Shown: piece after piece, positions 31,334 through 41,514 of the stretch
How the letters are laid out: every line of letters starts with the position of its first letter
Position numbering within the stretch: the stretch's first letter is position 1
DNA from: an uncultured cyanobacterium
GTDB lineage: Bacteria; Cyanobacteriota; Cyanobacteriia; Cyanobacteriales; CAWCAG01
Assembly (NCBI GenBank): GCA_963803805.1
Contig: CAWDOD010000010.1
Location: forward strand, 224,001-288,000
Length of the DNA: 64,000 bases
Reading direction: 5' to 3'
Position numbers and translations under genes: made by a program
The notes under the pieces: model-generated
Seen by the model: the letters and a program-made list of their open reading frames with translations, nothing else
Databases searched by the model: none
Told to the model about the DNA's origin: nothing

Positions 31334-32563
31334 TCACTTCTTACTAGTCAACTTATTCAACTCAGAAGCAGCTTCTTCAGGCTTGCCAGAAAGGGGAAAA
31401 ACTAAAATACTTTTAACTTCAGGATCATCAATTAAACTATCTAAATGCTTAAATTGTCGCTCAGTAATAGCAATACCATCATTCTGTTTAACGTAGTTTA
31501 ATTCCTCCTTAAACTTGTCTTCCCCATAAACTTGAATAAACACCCGATCTACATTCCAAGTTTTCCAATCCGCAGCAAAATATCTTTTCGCCCAATAAGG
31601 ATTATGATGACACAAATCAAAACTAACCGCAGGGTTAGATTTTTTCATCGCCGCAATCATATTCTGCACAAATTTGGTTAACTTAACTGTGCGATCAACC
31701 TTACCTGGTAACTCTGCATGATAACCCAGATAATCATCCCATTGCACCGCGTCAATAGAAGGATATTTATCAACAAACTCAACTAAAATATCAGTGAAAA
31801 ATTTAGCAACTTCAGGAATTTCCACATCAAGAACATAATGATCAACTGCTGTATGGGTGCGATCAACTCCTGGCACAATCCAACCTTTTTCCACAGCTAA
31901 ATCAAAAGCAGGACTATTTTCGTCAATTTTAATTCCTTTTTCAAAGTAAGCATGAACTTCCATACCTTGTTTATGGGCTTCATCAATTAACCAATCTAAC
32001 CATTTATCTTGAAATTGGTTAGGACAACTTTCATAGCCCAACGTTTTCTGCATCACTTCACTCTTGTACATAGTACAAGCATTGCCCCAAACCCCATGAA
32101 TAATCGTATTAAATCCTTGGGCGCGATAGTAACGAACTCTTTCTCTGATCATTTCTTCGCTAGCATTATTAGTAACTTGATAGCGACTTAAATAGATGCC
32201 TCTAATCGCTTTTTTTTGCCAAGGAGTTTGCGGTATTGCTGTTGTTTTAAGGGCTGTTTGTTCAGGAGAAGGAGAATTTGTTTGTTGTGGGGATTGAGGT
32301 GTAGTGACGGGAGAAATTGGTTGCTGATTGGATTGAGGAATTGGTGCTTTTGGTAAAGTAGTTGTTGGAGAAATTGCTGCTTCCGGGCTAGGAGAATTTA
32401 CAAAAGGAATGTTGTCTGGCAAATTGCTTGATAAAAACTTATTTATGCCTAAACTTTCTCTTTGGGTAAATAGGAAATATCCCCCTGCTAACATAACCAG
32501 AATCAGAGAAAAAGGGATACTTGAACAGCCACATCCCTTTGGTTCTTTTTTGTTGAGTGACAT
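31334..32563 (-). CDS. GHL10/DUF187-like glycoside hydrolase family protein
   Basis: N-terminal TM, Pro/Gln linker, IRGIYL, GFNTI, AHKQGMEVHAYFE, VQWDDY. Confidence 0.75.
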   Translation of the reverse strand: MSLNKKEPKGCGCSSIPFSLILVMLAGGYFLFTQRESLGINKFLSSNLPDNIPFVNSPSPEAAISPTTTLPKAPIPQSNQQPISPVTTPQSPQQTNSPSPEQTALKTTAIPQTPWQKKAIRGIYLSRYQVTNNASEEMIRERVRYYRAQGFNTIIHGVWGNACTMYKSEVMQKTLGYESCPNQFQDKWLDWLIDEAHKQGMEVHAYFEKGIKIDENSPAFDLAVEKGWIVPGVDRTHTAVDHYVLDVEIPEVAKFFTDILVEFVDKYPSIDAVQWDDYLGYHAELPGKVDRTVKLTKFVQNMIAAMKKSNPAVSFDLCHHNPYWAKRYFAADWKTWNVDRVFIQVYGEDKFKEELNYVKQNDGIAITERQFKHLDSLIDDPEVKSILVFPLSGKPEEAASELNKLTSKK

Positions 32564-32709
32564 AATTAGGTAATAGCTAAAGAATATTTGAGGATGCGGT
32601 TAATTCTTTAATACAAGTATAACTTAAGTTTCTTCATGTCTTTATAGTGATTGCTATGGTACATAATATCTACTTCAACAGCTTTAACTCAATTTCCGCA
32701 GTTCCAGCA

Positions 32710-32752
32710 AAATGAACAAGAAATGAACAGTTATTGACCTGGAAAACGAACA
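32710..32752 (+). promoter_or_regulatory. Phased direct repeats (putative operator) upstream of the ferritin-like gene
   Basis: AAATGAACA at 32710 and 32721 (11-bp period), AAACGAACA at 32744. Confidence 0.5.
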
Positions 32753-32803
32753 TTCCTCTTTTTAAAATGAAGTTAAGTAAATATTTACAACAAGGAAAAA
32801 ACT

Positions 32804-33454
32804 TTGACTAATCCAGAACAAAAAGCCTTAATTGCTTCGCCACAAAGACGCAAATTCTTAAAACTTGGTGTGCTGACTGGGGCAACTAGTGCTTTCGCCT
32901 TAGCGGCTGATAAAGTAATGGCTGCGGGCAAACCTAGCCGGGAAGCTGATGTAGAAATCCTTAACGGCGCAATCATGCTTGAGCAAAAAGCTATTAACAC
33001 CTATGTAGCGGCGGCTGAGAATAATTTGTTACCAACCAAAGCTTTCTTAGACGTGGCTGTACAATTTGCCGGAGATCATACCGAACATCGCGATCGCCTT
33101 AAAGATATTGTCTCAGGGGTATTTAAAGTAGAGCCGATGTCCACTGAAAATCTGGGTACTTTCCCCATTCCTGCCAATGTCTTAAATGGTAGTGAAGCTG
33201 ATGTACTAAGGTATGCTCTCACCCTAGAAATGCTTGCTTCTAAAAGTTACTTCGACTTCATCACCAAGGGGCTTACCTCCGAAGGAGCCAAGAATGTTGT
33301 TGCTAGCATCTTACCAATCGAAAATCAACACGTCGCTGTTTATCGCTCTGTATTACTAGTTCTGCTCAATGAACCTGCACTACCAGGAGATGATAAACTA
33401 GTCCCCTATCCTTTCTTAAATCAGCAACCAACTCCTCCTGTACCAGAAGCTTAG
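32804..33454 (+). CDS. Tat-exported ferritin-like domain protein
   Basis: QRRKFLK twin-arginine signal; LEQKAINTY..DHTEH and LEMLASKSY..IENQH di-metal helices; TTG start with AAGGA RBS. Confidence 0.8.
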   Translation: MTNPEQKALIASPQRRKFLKLGVLTGATSAFALAADKVMAAGKPSREADVEILNGAIMLEQKAINTYVAAAENNLLPTKAFLDVAVQFAGDHTEHRDRLKDIVSGVFKVEPMSTENLGTFPIPANVLNGSEADVLRYALTLEMLASKSYFDFITKGLTSEGAKNVVASILPIENQHVAVYRSVLLVLLNEPALPGDDKLVPYPFLNQQPTPPVPEA

Positions 33455-33458
33455 GTTA

Positions 33459-35555
33459 TTATAAATCTGTTCCCTGAATTTCTTGTTGCCACAAAATATC
33501 TGCTACTCGGATTATGCCATTCTTCAAATGACGGCGAAAAGTACTAAAGGGTATATCTAGGGACTCGGCAGCTTGTTCTTGGGTAGGTGCAGGTTCAAGG
33601 TAGGTTTGGTAAAGCGCTCGATAGTATTTAGCATGGCGAGGTGAGGAAAGTAAGGACTTTGCTGCATCCTCAACCAACCTCTGTAAGGTGGCAATTTGCT
33701 CTGCTTGATGTGCTTCTACTATTACCTTCTTCCTCACCAAACGCGACTGTAGTAAGGGGTTGCTATTTAGATCATTGGGACAAGTAAAATAGCGCAGGGC
33801 ATTCCATACCGCTTCTTTGAACTCAGCTTCACTCAAAACAACCAAGGGAGAGCTTACTTGAGAAGAGGAGATGGCTTGATCTGAGGCAGCAATTTCTCTT
33901 TGTGCCAAAAGTTCTTGCCATGCTTTAGCTGGTAGTACTCGCCAGTCGTGACCATAAATTCCGTAACATTGCTTTCCTATCTGAAAATCTGCTTCAGCAA
34001 TTCTGGTTAAGTCAGCATAAGCAAACATAGCTGCCCAGTCATCTGGTTCAGCACAAAGGAAGAAGCTGAAGGCTAATCCGGGGTCATTGCGGTGATATTG
34101 TATAAAGTTGATAAAAATGAGGCTTTGTACAGGAGAAACATCTTGATAGCTGTCCTGAGCCATCCAGAAACGAAAAAACGTAGCCCCTTCTCCTGAACGC
34201 AGGGGAGCATTTTTTTGTAGATACTGCCAAGCTTTATGGGTGGCTGGATCTGCCTTTAAGTCTTGGTCACTAGCTTGGTGTAAAGCGACTGTGAGCATAA
34301 ACCCGGCTAGGTGCTGTTTCTCATCGCGAAATACCCTTACACCTTGGGGTTGCAGTTTGAGCCAATGGGCAGCAATTTGAGCTGATTGAGAACCTTCATG
34401 CTTGTTTACCATAGCTAACAAAGCCTCCCTATCCCCTTTCCCTAGACTATCAGTGGTGAGGTCACTATTTTCTTGCCAAGTAAACCTTGGTTTGACGGCT
34501 GGATTGTCCCGGTGCAGGAAAATGTAGTCGAAGAGGTGGCGATGTTGTTCTTGCCCTTGAGTTTGCCCCAGACGCATTGTATAGTAGTTACGGGCGCGTT
34601 TATGAAGCTCACTGTACCAATCTGGATTACGCCAACGCAAGTCTGCCACCAAGACATCTCGAACTAAATCGTGAGGAAACAAACCCACAGGGGCAGGTTC
34701 TATAAATGATAAGCTACGCAACCAAGTAAATAGTTCGTGGGTATCAGCTTTTCCTAGCATCTGGGCTAGTAAAGTTTCGGTCACTGAACGGACTAAAGTA
34801 CAGGCTTCTAAGGCCTGACGATGAGTTCTACTAGGAACTTCTTGGACGAATTTTTCTAGCAATGCCTTAATAATATCTGGCATCGTTTCAGGTTGTAAAG
34901 TAAGTTTTTGACCTTGGGCCAAAACATCCCCTACTAAAGATAAAGCCAGAGGATGACCATGGGTAAAGTCGAGAATCCTTTGGTGTTGAGTTTTGGGTAT
35001 ATTGTGTTTAGCCAGGTATAGACAACTCTCTTCTGGTGAAAAATTGCGTAGAGGGAAAAAGTGAGTTAAAGTTTGCCAGCCAGGATCTGTATACCAAGGA
35101 ACCCCAGGAGAATGGCGGCTAGATATAACCATTAAAACCTTTTCTGGTAACTGGGGGAGAAAAACTTCCCGCAACCATTCATCCAGGTAAGTCAAGGTTT
35201 CATAGGTATCAAGTAAAATAACTTGGTTAGTTGGGTGATTAGCTAATGCCTGCAAGGGGGATTCCAAAGGCTGTAAATTCATCACAAAACGCAACCCCTT
35301 GAGAAAAGATTCAGGAGTAGCTTCGAGGTTGCGAGTATCTAAGTAAAAAGACTGGATTTGAGACTGTTGACAGATGAGGATAAACTCTCTGAGGAGAGTG
35401 GTTTTGCCAATGCCCCCTGGTCCGAAAATATGCAAAATATGAAAAGGTAATTTCGGTTTGGTGATCGCCTCTACAAATTTTTTCAACTCCTCTTTACGAC
35501 CAACAAAGTGGTGATGCCGTGCCAATTTCAAATGTTCTTCTAGGGGAAATGTCAT
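33459..35555 (-). CDS. STAND-like AAA ATPase with C-terminal helix-turn-helix (putative transcription regulator)
   Basis: FVGRKEEL, GPGGIGKT, ILLDTYE, GHPLAL; C-terminal TQEQAAESLDIPFSTFRRHL. Confidence 0.75.
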   Translation of the reverse strand: MTFPLEEHLKLARHHHFVGRKEELKKFVEAITKPKLPFHILHIFGPGGIGKTTLLREFILICQQSQIQSFYLDTRNLEATPESFLKGLRFVMNLQPLESPLQALANHPTNQVILLDTYETLTYLDEWLREVFLPQLPEKVLMVISSRHSPGVPWYTDPGWQTLTHFFPLRNFSPEESCLYLAKHNIPKTQHQRILDFTHGHPLALSLVGDVLAQGQKLTLQPETMPDIIKALLEKFVQEVPSRTHRQALEACTLVRSVTETLLAQMLGKADTHELFTWLRSLSFIEPAPVGLFPHDLVRDVLVADLRWRNPDWYSELHKRARNYYTMRLGQTQGQEQHRHLFDYIFLHRDNPAVKPRFTWQENSDLTTDSLGKGDREALLAMVNKHEGSQSAQIAAHWLKLQPQGVRVFRDEKQHLAGFMLTVALHQASDQDLKADPATHKAWQYLQKNAPLRSGEGATFFRFWMAQDSYQDVSPVQSLIFINFIQYHRNDPGLAFSFFLCAEPDDWAAMFAYADLTRIAEADFQIGKQCYGIYGHDWRVLPAKAWQELLAQREIAASDQAISSSQVSSPLVVLSEAEFKEAVWNALRYFTCPNDLNSNPLLQSRLVRKKVIVEAHQAEQIATLQRLVEDAAKSLLSSPRHAKYYRALYQTYLEPAPTQEQAAESLDIPFSTFRRHLKNGIIRVADILWQQEIQGTDL

Positions 35556-35731
35556 TGAGGATTATCTCTAATTTTCGGCAGAATTACTTAATCTTATAAG
35601 GTAACTGTCTGCCAAAATTCTGTCTAGGCGGCAATCTCTCCAGATTTTATAGCGAAGTTATATTAAATTCATTACGGTCAAGAATATTTTAGTTACAATT
35701 GCCCTTAAGTAGCGACAGGGATACCAAGAAA

Positions 35732-37441
35732 ATGATAGCTAATTTTCGAGACGTATTTAGGGAAGGCAACCCACAATTAATCAGGGAGCTGAAAGGAAAA
35801 CTAAAACCTGTTAATATGGCCATCGCCGTAGTAACTTCTCTATTTGGTCAATTTTTACTTTATTTATTTTTCCAAAAACTTTTACCAAATCCCCCTGGTT
35901 CCCTAGAAAAATTCAATCGTTATTGTCAGGGGAACGCACCAGACTTTTTAAATTATCATAGTTCTCCACACTGTACTATAGATAGCTTAGGTAACTTAGC
36001 TATTAACAGCCAGCTTTGGTGGTTAGATATGTTCATCTGCACCAGCATTCTTAGCATCTTTGCCCTGTGGCTAGGGGGAACTTATCTGTTGATCCGAGAC
36101 TTATCTCAAGAAGAGAGTCGGGGGACTTTAGGATTTATTCGCCTCTCTCCTCAACCCGCAGCAGGAATCTTAATGGGTAAGATGCTAGGAGTCCCCAGCT
36201 TACTATACTTATTTTGCGCCCTTGCCTTGCCCCTCAACTTTTATGCGGCACTACAAGCGAACATTCCCCCCCTTCTCATTGCCTCTTTCTATACAGTCTT
36301 AGCAGTTAGTTGTATATTCATCTACACCGCAGCTTTACTCTTTGCTTTAGTCAGTAACAAATTGGCAGTATTTTCCCCTTGGATTGGTAGCGGTATCGTT
36401 TTCGCCTTACTAGTCATCCCTAACTCCTTCTTTTTCTTTTCCCTCGGATATGCTGATGCATTAGCTATTACCCATACACCCTTTGATTGGTTTATGGTTT
36501 TTTATCCTGGTATCTTGCTACCTCACCTAGTTGAAGCAACTTCCTTAGCCTCAGCCTATAATTACTTTAATGTTGCCTACTTAACTCAATTAGAATGGTA
36601 CGGAATGCCTTTATGGAGTCATGGGGGAACAACAATAGCCTTTGTTTTAGCTAACTATCTTTTGTGGACAAATTGGCTGTGGCAAGGACTCAAACGCCGT
36701 TTCCACAACCCAACAAAAGCCTTAATCACCAGAAGACAAAGCTATTGGTTATCAGGTAGTTTCATCGTCACCATCATCGGCTTTGTCCCCCAACAACCGG
36801 AATTTGGTACTTACCAAGATGCCTTGTTTGAAAATTTCGGCTTTGTGATGGGGCTAACCTTAATTCTCTTCCTAGCTTTAATTCCGACCTTAAGTCCTCA
36901 ACGTCAAACCCTCCAAGATTGGGCTAGTTATCGCTACAAAAGTAAATATGATCGTTGGAGTTTGTGGAAAGATTTGGTTTGGGGAGAAAAAAGTCCGGCT
37001 ACAGTTGCGATCGCCCTTAATCTTTTTACCGCCACAGCCGTAATCTTGCCTGGAATCTTCATGCTACCCTTACAAGAATACAAACTGCCGGTTTTCTTCG
37101 GGATGTTATTTACCGCCAGTTTAATTTTGCTTTACGCTTGCATCTTCCAGTTAGCATTGCTCATGAAACGTCCTCAACATGGCATCTGGTTAGCAATGGC
37201 CGTCTTTGTCTCCACCATCTTACCTTTTATGACTTGGTGGCTACTTAAACTCAACCCCCATGCTGTACCAGGATTAGGCTTTTTCACCTTCGGCGCAACC
37301 ACAGCCATAGAATATACCCAAATTACAACTTTATGCTTCTCCCTACTTTTCCCCTGGTTAAGCATCGCCTTAGTTTCTTGGCAAACCAAACGTCAATTAC
37401 AAAAAGTGGGAGAGTCGGAAACGAAGGCTTTGTTAACTTGA
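35732..37441 (+). CDS. ABC-2-type permease-like multi-pass membrane protein
   Basis: NPQLIRELKG, EESRGTLGFIRLSPQ..GKMLG, many TM segments. Confidence 0.7.
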   Translation: MIANFRDVFREGNPQLIRELKGKLKPVNMAIAVVTSLFGQFLLYLFFQKLLPNPPGSLEKFNRYCQGNAPDFLNYHSSPHCTIDSLGNLAINSQLWWLDMFICTSILSIFALWLGGTYLLIRDLSQEESRGTLGFIRLSPQPAAGILMGKMLGVPSLLYLFCALALPLNFYAALQANIPPLLIASFYTVLAVSCIFIYTAALLFALVSNKLAVFSPWIGSGIVFALLVIPNSFFFFSLGYADALAITHTPFDWFMVFYPGILLPHLVEATSLASAYNYFNVAYLTQLEWYGMPLWSHGGTTIAFVLANYLLWTNWLWQGLKRRFHNPTKALITRRQSYWLSGSFIVTIIGFVPQQPEFGTYQDALFENFGFVMGLTLILFLALIPTLSPQRQTLQDWASYRYKSKYDRWSLWKDLVWGEKSPATVAIALNLFTATAVILPGIFMLPLQEYKLPVFFGMLFTASLILLYACIFQLALLMKRPQHGIWLAMAVFVSTILPFMTWWLLKLNPHAVPGLGFFTFGATTAIEYTQITTLCFSLLFPWLSIALVSWQTKRQLQKVGESETKALLT

Positions 37442-37446
37442 ATTGA

Positions 37447-37482
37447 CCTCTCCCCAACCCCTCTCCTAGCAAGAGAGGGGCT
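37447..37482. repeat. Dispersed hairpin repeat
   Basis: cctctccccaa-CCCCTCTC-ctagcaa-GAGAGGGG. Confidence 0.65.
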
Positions 37483-37490
37483 TAACATTG

Positions 37491-37648
37491 GGGAGCATCT
37501 CAAATTGGTAAATACAGGCTTTAGCCGTCAACTTGATATTAGCTTCACTGAAGCAGCAAGAAATGTATTCTTAAAGCTAACAGCTAACAGCTAATAGCTA
37601 ATAGCTAACTTCACAGACAAACTATTTCTGCAAAACTGAGATGCTCCC
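37491..37648. mobile_element. MITE (158 bp) with 12-bp perfect TIR and 8-bp target-site duplication
   Basis: TAACATTG|GGGAGCATCTCA ... TGAGATGCTCCC|TAACATTG; internal CTAACAG/CTAATAG heptamers. Confidence 0.9.
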
Positions 37649-37682
37649 TAACATTGTTAGTGTTTTTGGAGATATCTATTGA

Positions 37683-39367
37683 TTACTGCCACCCATTACG
37701 AGATTTAGCAATTCTCATACTCAAAAAAATCACCGGAATAATTCCTACTAAGACAATAGCTAAAGCTGGTGCAGATGCTTCTATTAACCTTTCATCAGAA
37801 GCATATTGATATACTTGCACTGCTAGGGTATCAAAATTAAAAGGACGCATTAATAAAGTTGCCGGTAACTCCTTCATCACATCCACAAATACTAACATCA
37901 CCGCCGTTAACATTCCCCCTAACATCAAGGGGGCATGAACTTTAACCAAAGTGCTGCTGGGACTATGACCCAAACTTCTGGCTGCATCATCTAAGCTGGG
38001 TTTAATCTTAGTTAAGCTAGATTCTACTGTATTGAAAGAAACAGCTAGGAAACGTACCAAATAGGCAAAGATTAAGGCCATAATTGTTCCTGTCAATAAT
38101 AACCCTGTGGAAATACCAAACATTGCTTCCATGCGACTATCTAACCAATTGTCAAACTGGGCTAAGGGAATCACTACACCCACGGCAATTACAGATCCAG
38201 GAATAGCATAACCCATAGAAGCAATGCGAACCGCTGAGTTCATGGTTATGTTACTATTGAGTCTGTGGCCATAGGCGATAATCAACGCAACTATGACAGC
38301 AACCCCAGCAGTAAGGGTGGCGAGGATGAAGCTATGGAAAGCTAATTGCCAAAAGTCTTGGTCAAGGGTTTCGGCCGCGTTTTCCCAGGTCATTTGCAAC
38401 AGTAGCCCTGCTGGAAGTATAAAACCGAGGGTTACAGGTAATAAACAAGTTAACCCCCCTAGAAGGCTACGCACTCCCTTTAACTGATAGGGATCGCAGG
38501 ATTGATGGGCATGACCCAAATCATAATAACGGGCTTGACGGCGAAACCATCTTTCTAAGGCAATCAGCATCAGCACAAACAGCATTAAAAAAGCCGCTAA
38601 TTGCGCGGCTGCCACAGGTTCACCCATACCTAACCAGGTACGATAGATACCGGTAGTGAAGGTGGTGACTCCGAAGTAATCTACAGTGCCGAAGTCCCCT
38701 AAAGTTTCCATTAATGCTAAGGCTAAACCCCCCATAATCGCCGCCTTGCTAAGGGTAAGGCGACGGTAAAAAAGCTACGCCAAGGGCCTCTGCCCAGGCT
38801 ACGAGAAGCTTCTAAGGTACGTACTGATTGTTCTAGGAAGGCAACCCTAGCAATTAAATAAACGTAGGGATATAAAACTAAGAATAACATGATGATTGCT
38901 CCCCCCAAAGAACGTACCGGAGGAAACCAATAGTCTTGTACACTTTGCCAACCAAAAGCATTCCTTAACCATGTCTGCACTGGGCCATAATAGTCTAGTA
39001 ATTCTGTGTAGGTATAAGCCAATAGGTATGCAGGTATGGCTAAGGGCAGTAATAATGCCCATTCAAAAATCTTACTGCCAGGAAAACGACAGGCGGTTAC
39101 TAGCCAAGCAGTACTAACCCCAATTAGTAAAACTCCGACCCCAACCCCCAACATTAAGCTGAGAGAATTGAGAATATAACCTGATAAAACTGTAGCTGCT
39201 AGATGAGTCCAAATTTCCTTAGCATCAGAGAATATACTACTTAAAACAAAAATAATTGGAGTGGCAATTAGTAGGGCGATCACCGTCACAAAAATAGTCC
39301 AGCCTTGTAAAACCTTGAGAAAAAAAGCTTTAAGGGATAATGGTTTTGCCAAGGAAAATGAAGACAC
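37683..39367 (-). pseudogene. futB: Fe3+ ABC transporter permease with a single-base frameshift near 38742 (possibly assembly error)
   Basis: Two ORFs join into one permease; PLARPAIMGGLAL is restored by one extra C (AGG C[C]G GCG ATT ATG); two EAA-like motifs. Confidence 0.8.
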
Positions 39368-39403
39368 TTTGACTTAAGCTCCAAAATGGGTTACAAGTTC
39401 TAA

Positions 39404-39420
39404 TTAGGAATTAATCTCAA
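39404..39420. promoter_or_regulatory. Putative Fur box between divergent futB and futC
   Basis: TTAGGAATTAATCTCAA, 14/17 match to the palindrome TTGAGAATnATTCTCAA; iron-uptake context. Confidence 0.55.
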
Positions 39421-39593
39421 GAAATACTTTACTATAAAAATCAGTAAAGGGCTAGATCAAAAGCTGCGTTTCTGATTCAACTAGTTGTTATCACTTAGTT
39501 ATCGTCACGCATTTTTTAGCCAAGATTTTGTTCAGGTCAGACAACTGCATTGCTTCATGTAACCCAAAATTGATAGCTTTTTTAGTTTAGAAT

Positions 39594-40670
39594 ATGGTAA
39601 TGACTGCACCTGTAATTTTGCACCTAGAAAAAGTAACCAAATACTTTCCTCGTTCTAGTTCCCCTGCTGTAGATAACGTGACTTTAAGTTTGCAAGAGGG
39701 GGAGTTATTGAGTTTTTTAGGCCCTTCCGGTTGCGGCAAAACAACTTTATTACGCATTGTTGCTGGATTTGAAGAACCCCAAACTGGCATAGTCAATTTA
39801 GCAGGACAAGTGGTTGCAGGAGAGGGAAAATGGGTTTCTCCGGAAAAACGAGATGTGGGGATGGTTTTCCAAGATTATGCTCTTTTCCCCCACTTAAATG
39901 TCGGAAAAAATATTGCTTTTGGTTTAATTAATTCCGGTAATGGTTTAAGCAGAGATACCAACAAGCGGGTAGGAGAAGTACTGAGGTTAGTTGGTTTAGA
40001 AGGTTTGGAGAAGCGTTATCCCCATGAATTATCTGGTGGGCAACAACAAAGGGTAGCTTTAGCGAGGGCGATCGCTCCCCGTCCTGCTTTAGTATTATTA
40101 GATGAACCTCTTTCTAACTTAGACGTGCAAGTTCGTTTACGCCTGCGTCAAGAACTACGAGAGATTATTAAAGCGGCGGGTACATCAGCAATTTTTGTTA
40201 CCCATGATCAAGAAGAAGCACTGTCTATTTCTGATCGCCTAGTGGTGATGCAAAATGGTCGTTTAGAGCAGTATGGCACTCCTGAACAGGTCTATCAAGA
40301 ACCTGCTACTCGTTTTGTTGCGGAGTTTGTCACCCAAGCTAATTTTATTCTCGCAGAACGCCAGGGGAGTTTTTGGCAGACAGAAATTGGTGATTTTCCT
40401 TGTCGTAAAGATCATTCTTTTAATCAAGGTGAATTAATGATTCGCCAAGAAGATTTAAAGTTAATACCAAAAGAAACAGGAAGTTTGTTAATCTGCGATC
40501 GCCAATTCCTGGGGCGAGAACATCGCTACGACTTGCAAACTCCCTCCGGAAAAAGAATTAGCGCCCGTACCACTGTTGGTAAGGTTTTACCTGTAGGTAC
40601 AAGGGTAGAAGTCTCTGTGGCAGCAGCTAATTTAAGGGTTTTTCCCTTGAATAATTTTTCTGTTGTATGA
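39594..40670 (+). CDS. futC: Fe3+ ABC transporter ATP-binding protein
   Basis: GPSGCGKT, FQDYALFPHL, LSGGQQQR, DEPLSNLD, TOBE-like tail; divergent from the permease. Confidence 0.85.
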   Translation: MVMTAPVILHLEKVTKYFPRSSSPAVDNVTLSLQEGELLSFLGPSGCGKTTLLRIVAGFEEPQTGIVNLAGQVVAGEGKWVSPEKRDVGMVFQDYALFPHLNVGKNIAFGLINSGNGLSRDTNKRVGEVLRLVGLEGLEKRYPHELSGGQQQRVALARAIAPRPALVLLDEPLSNLDVQVRLRLRQELREIIKAAGTSAIFVTHDQEEALSISDRLVVMQNGRLEQYGTPEQVYQEPATRFVAEFVTQANFILAERQGSFWQTEIGDFPCRKDHSFNQGELMIRQEDLKLIPKETGSLLICDRQFLGREHRYDLQTPSGKRISARTTVGKVLPVGTRVEVSVAAANLRVFPLNNFSVV

Positions 40671-40785
40671 CTTAAGAGTTAATTGATTCAGTATTTCTCC
40701 ACTCCACTTGTTTACTTGTTATAGATGTTTCAGTTAAGGCTAAGTTTATAGAATTAAATTTGTCAATGTTATTAAAGGAAAAATC

Positions 40786-41010
40786 ATGAGTGATTATACT
40801 CCTGTAAGTTGCGAACTATACGATCGCCTAGAAGCTACAGCAACACTAAAAAAAGAATGTCATTTGACCTATTTAGGTGAAAACAATAAATTGAGCGAAG
40901 TACAGGGTCAAATAGTAGATGTTTATGCTGCTGATGGTGCAGACTGGTGTAAGTTAAGCGATGGTACGGTGATTCGTCTTGATAGGATTAAACAATTACA
41001 GCCAGAATAA
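40786..41010 (+). CDS. Rof/YaeO-like (Rho-binding antiterminator family) protein
   Basis: YTPVSCELYDRLE...IRLDRI resembles the Rof pattern YxPIxCxxYDxLE...RLDxI; AAGGA RBS. Confidence 0.75.
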   Translation: MSDYTPVSCELYDRLEATATLKKECHLTYLGENNKLSEVQGQIVDVYAADGADWCKLSDGTVIRLDRIKQLQPE

Positions 41011-41090
41011 TTTTTCATCCTGTAACCAGAGTGAGAGTTGCAATGCCCTCACTTTACTCATCCATTGGAAATTGACAGACCACTAGGTAA

Positions 41091-41393
41091 ATGAATCCAA
41101 ATCACTGGTTGACAGTCTTAGTCTTTAGTGCGATCGCAGTAGTAATTCAGCTAGGGAGTGAAATAGTTTTGAGCCGTATTTTGTGTAAAAGTGTGGTGGT
41201 AATAATTGGAGTGCTTTATACGGTTTTTCGGATTGCGCAACTATGGTTGGGCTTGGAGTTAATAACTGATTCTCAGCCTTGGTTAGGTTTATTTTGGTTG
41301 GTTTTGCTATTTTGGGTAGGCAATATCATGATGCTGAGTACAATGGCAATTCCAAGCATCTTACCTCAAAGGCATAGTCAGAACGAAAGTTAA
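41091..41393 (+). CDS. Hypothetical membrane protein (possibly a fragment)
   Basis: 100 aa with three hydrophobic segments. Confidence 0.45.
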   Translation: MNPNHWLTVLVFSAIAVVIQLGSEIVLSRILCKSVVVIIGVLYTVFRIAQLWLGLELITDSQPWLGLFWLVLLFWVGNIMMLSTMAIPSILPQRHSQNES

Positions 41394-41514
41394 AAGTCAT
41401 TGTCGTAAGCCTTCTCTCAGAGTAAGTCATTATTTACTTAATTGGTTTGTCTATATGTTTCCTGCTCCCGGATAAACTTGGGTGTTTTATTTTCTGGAGT
41501 TCCCTAAGAACTAC

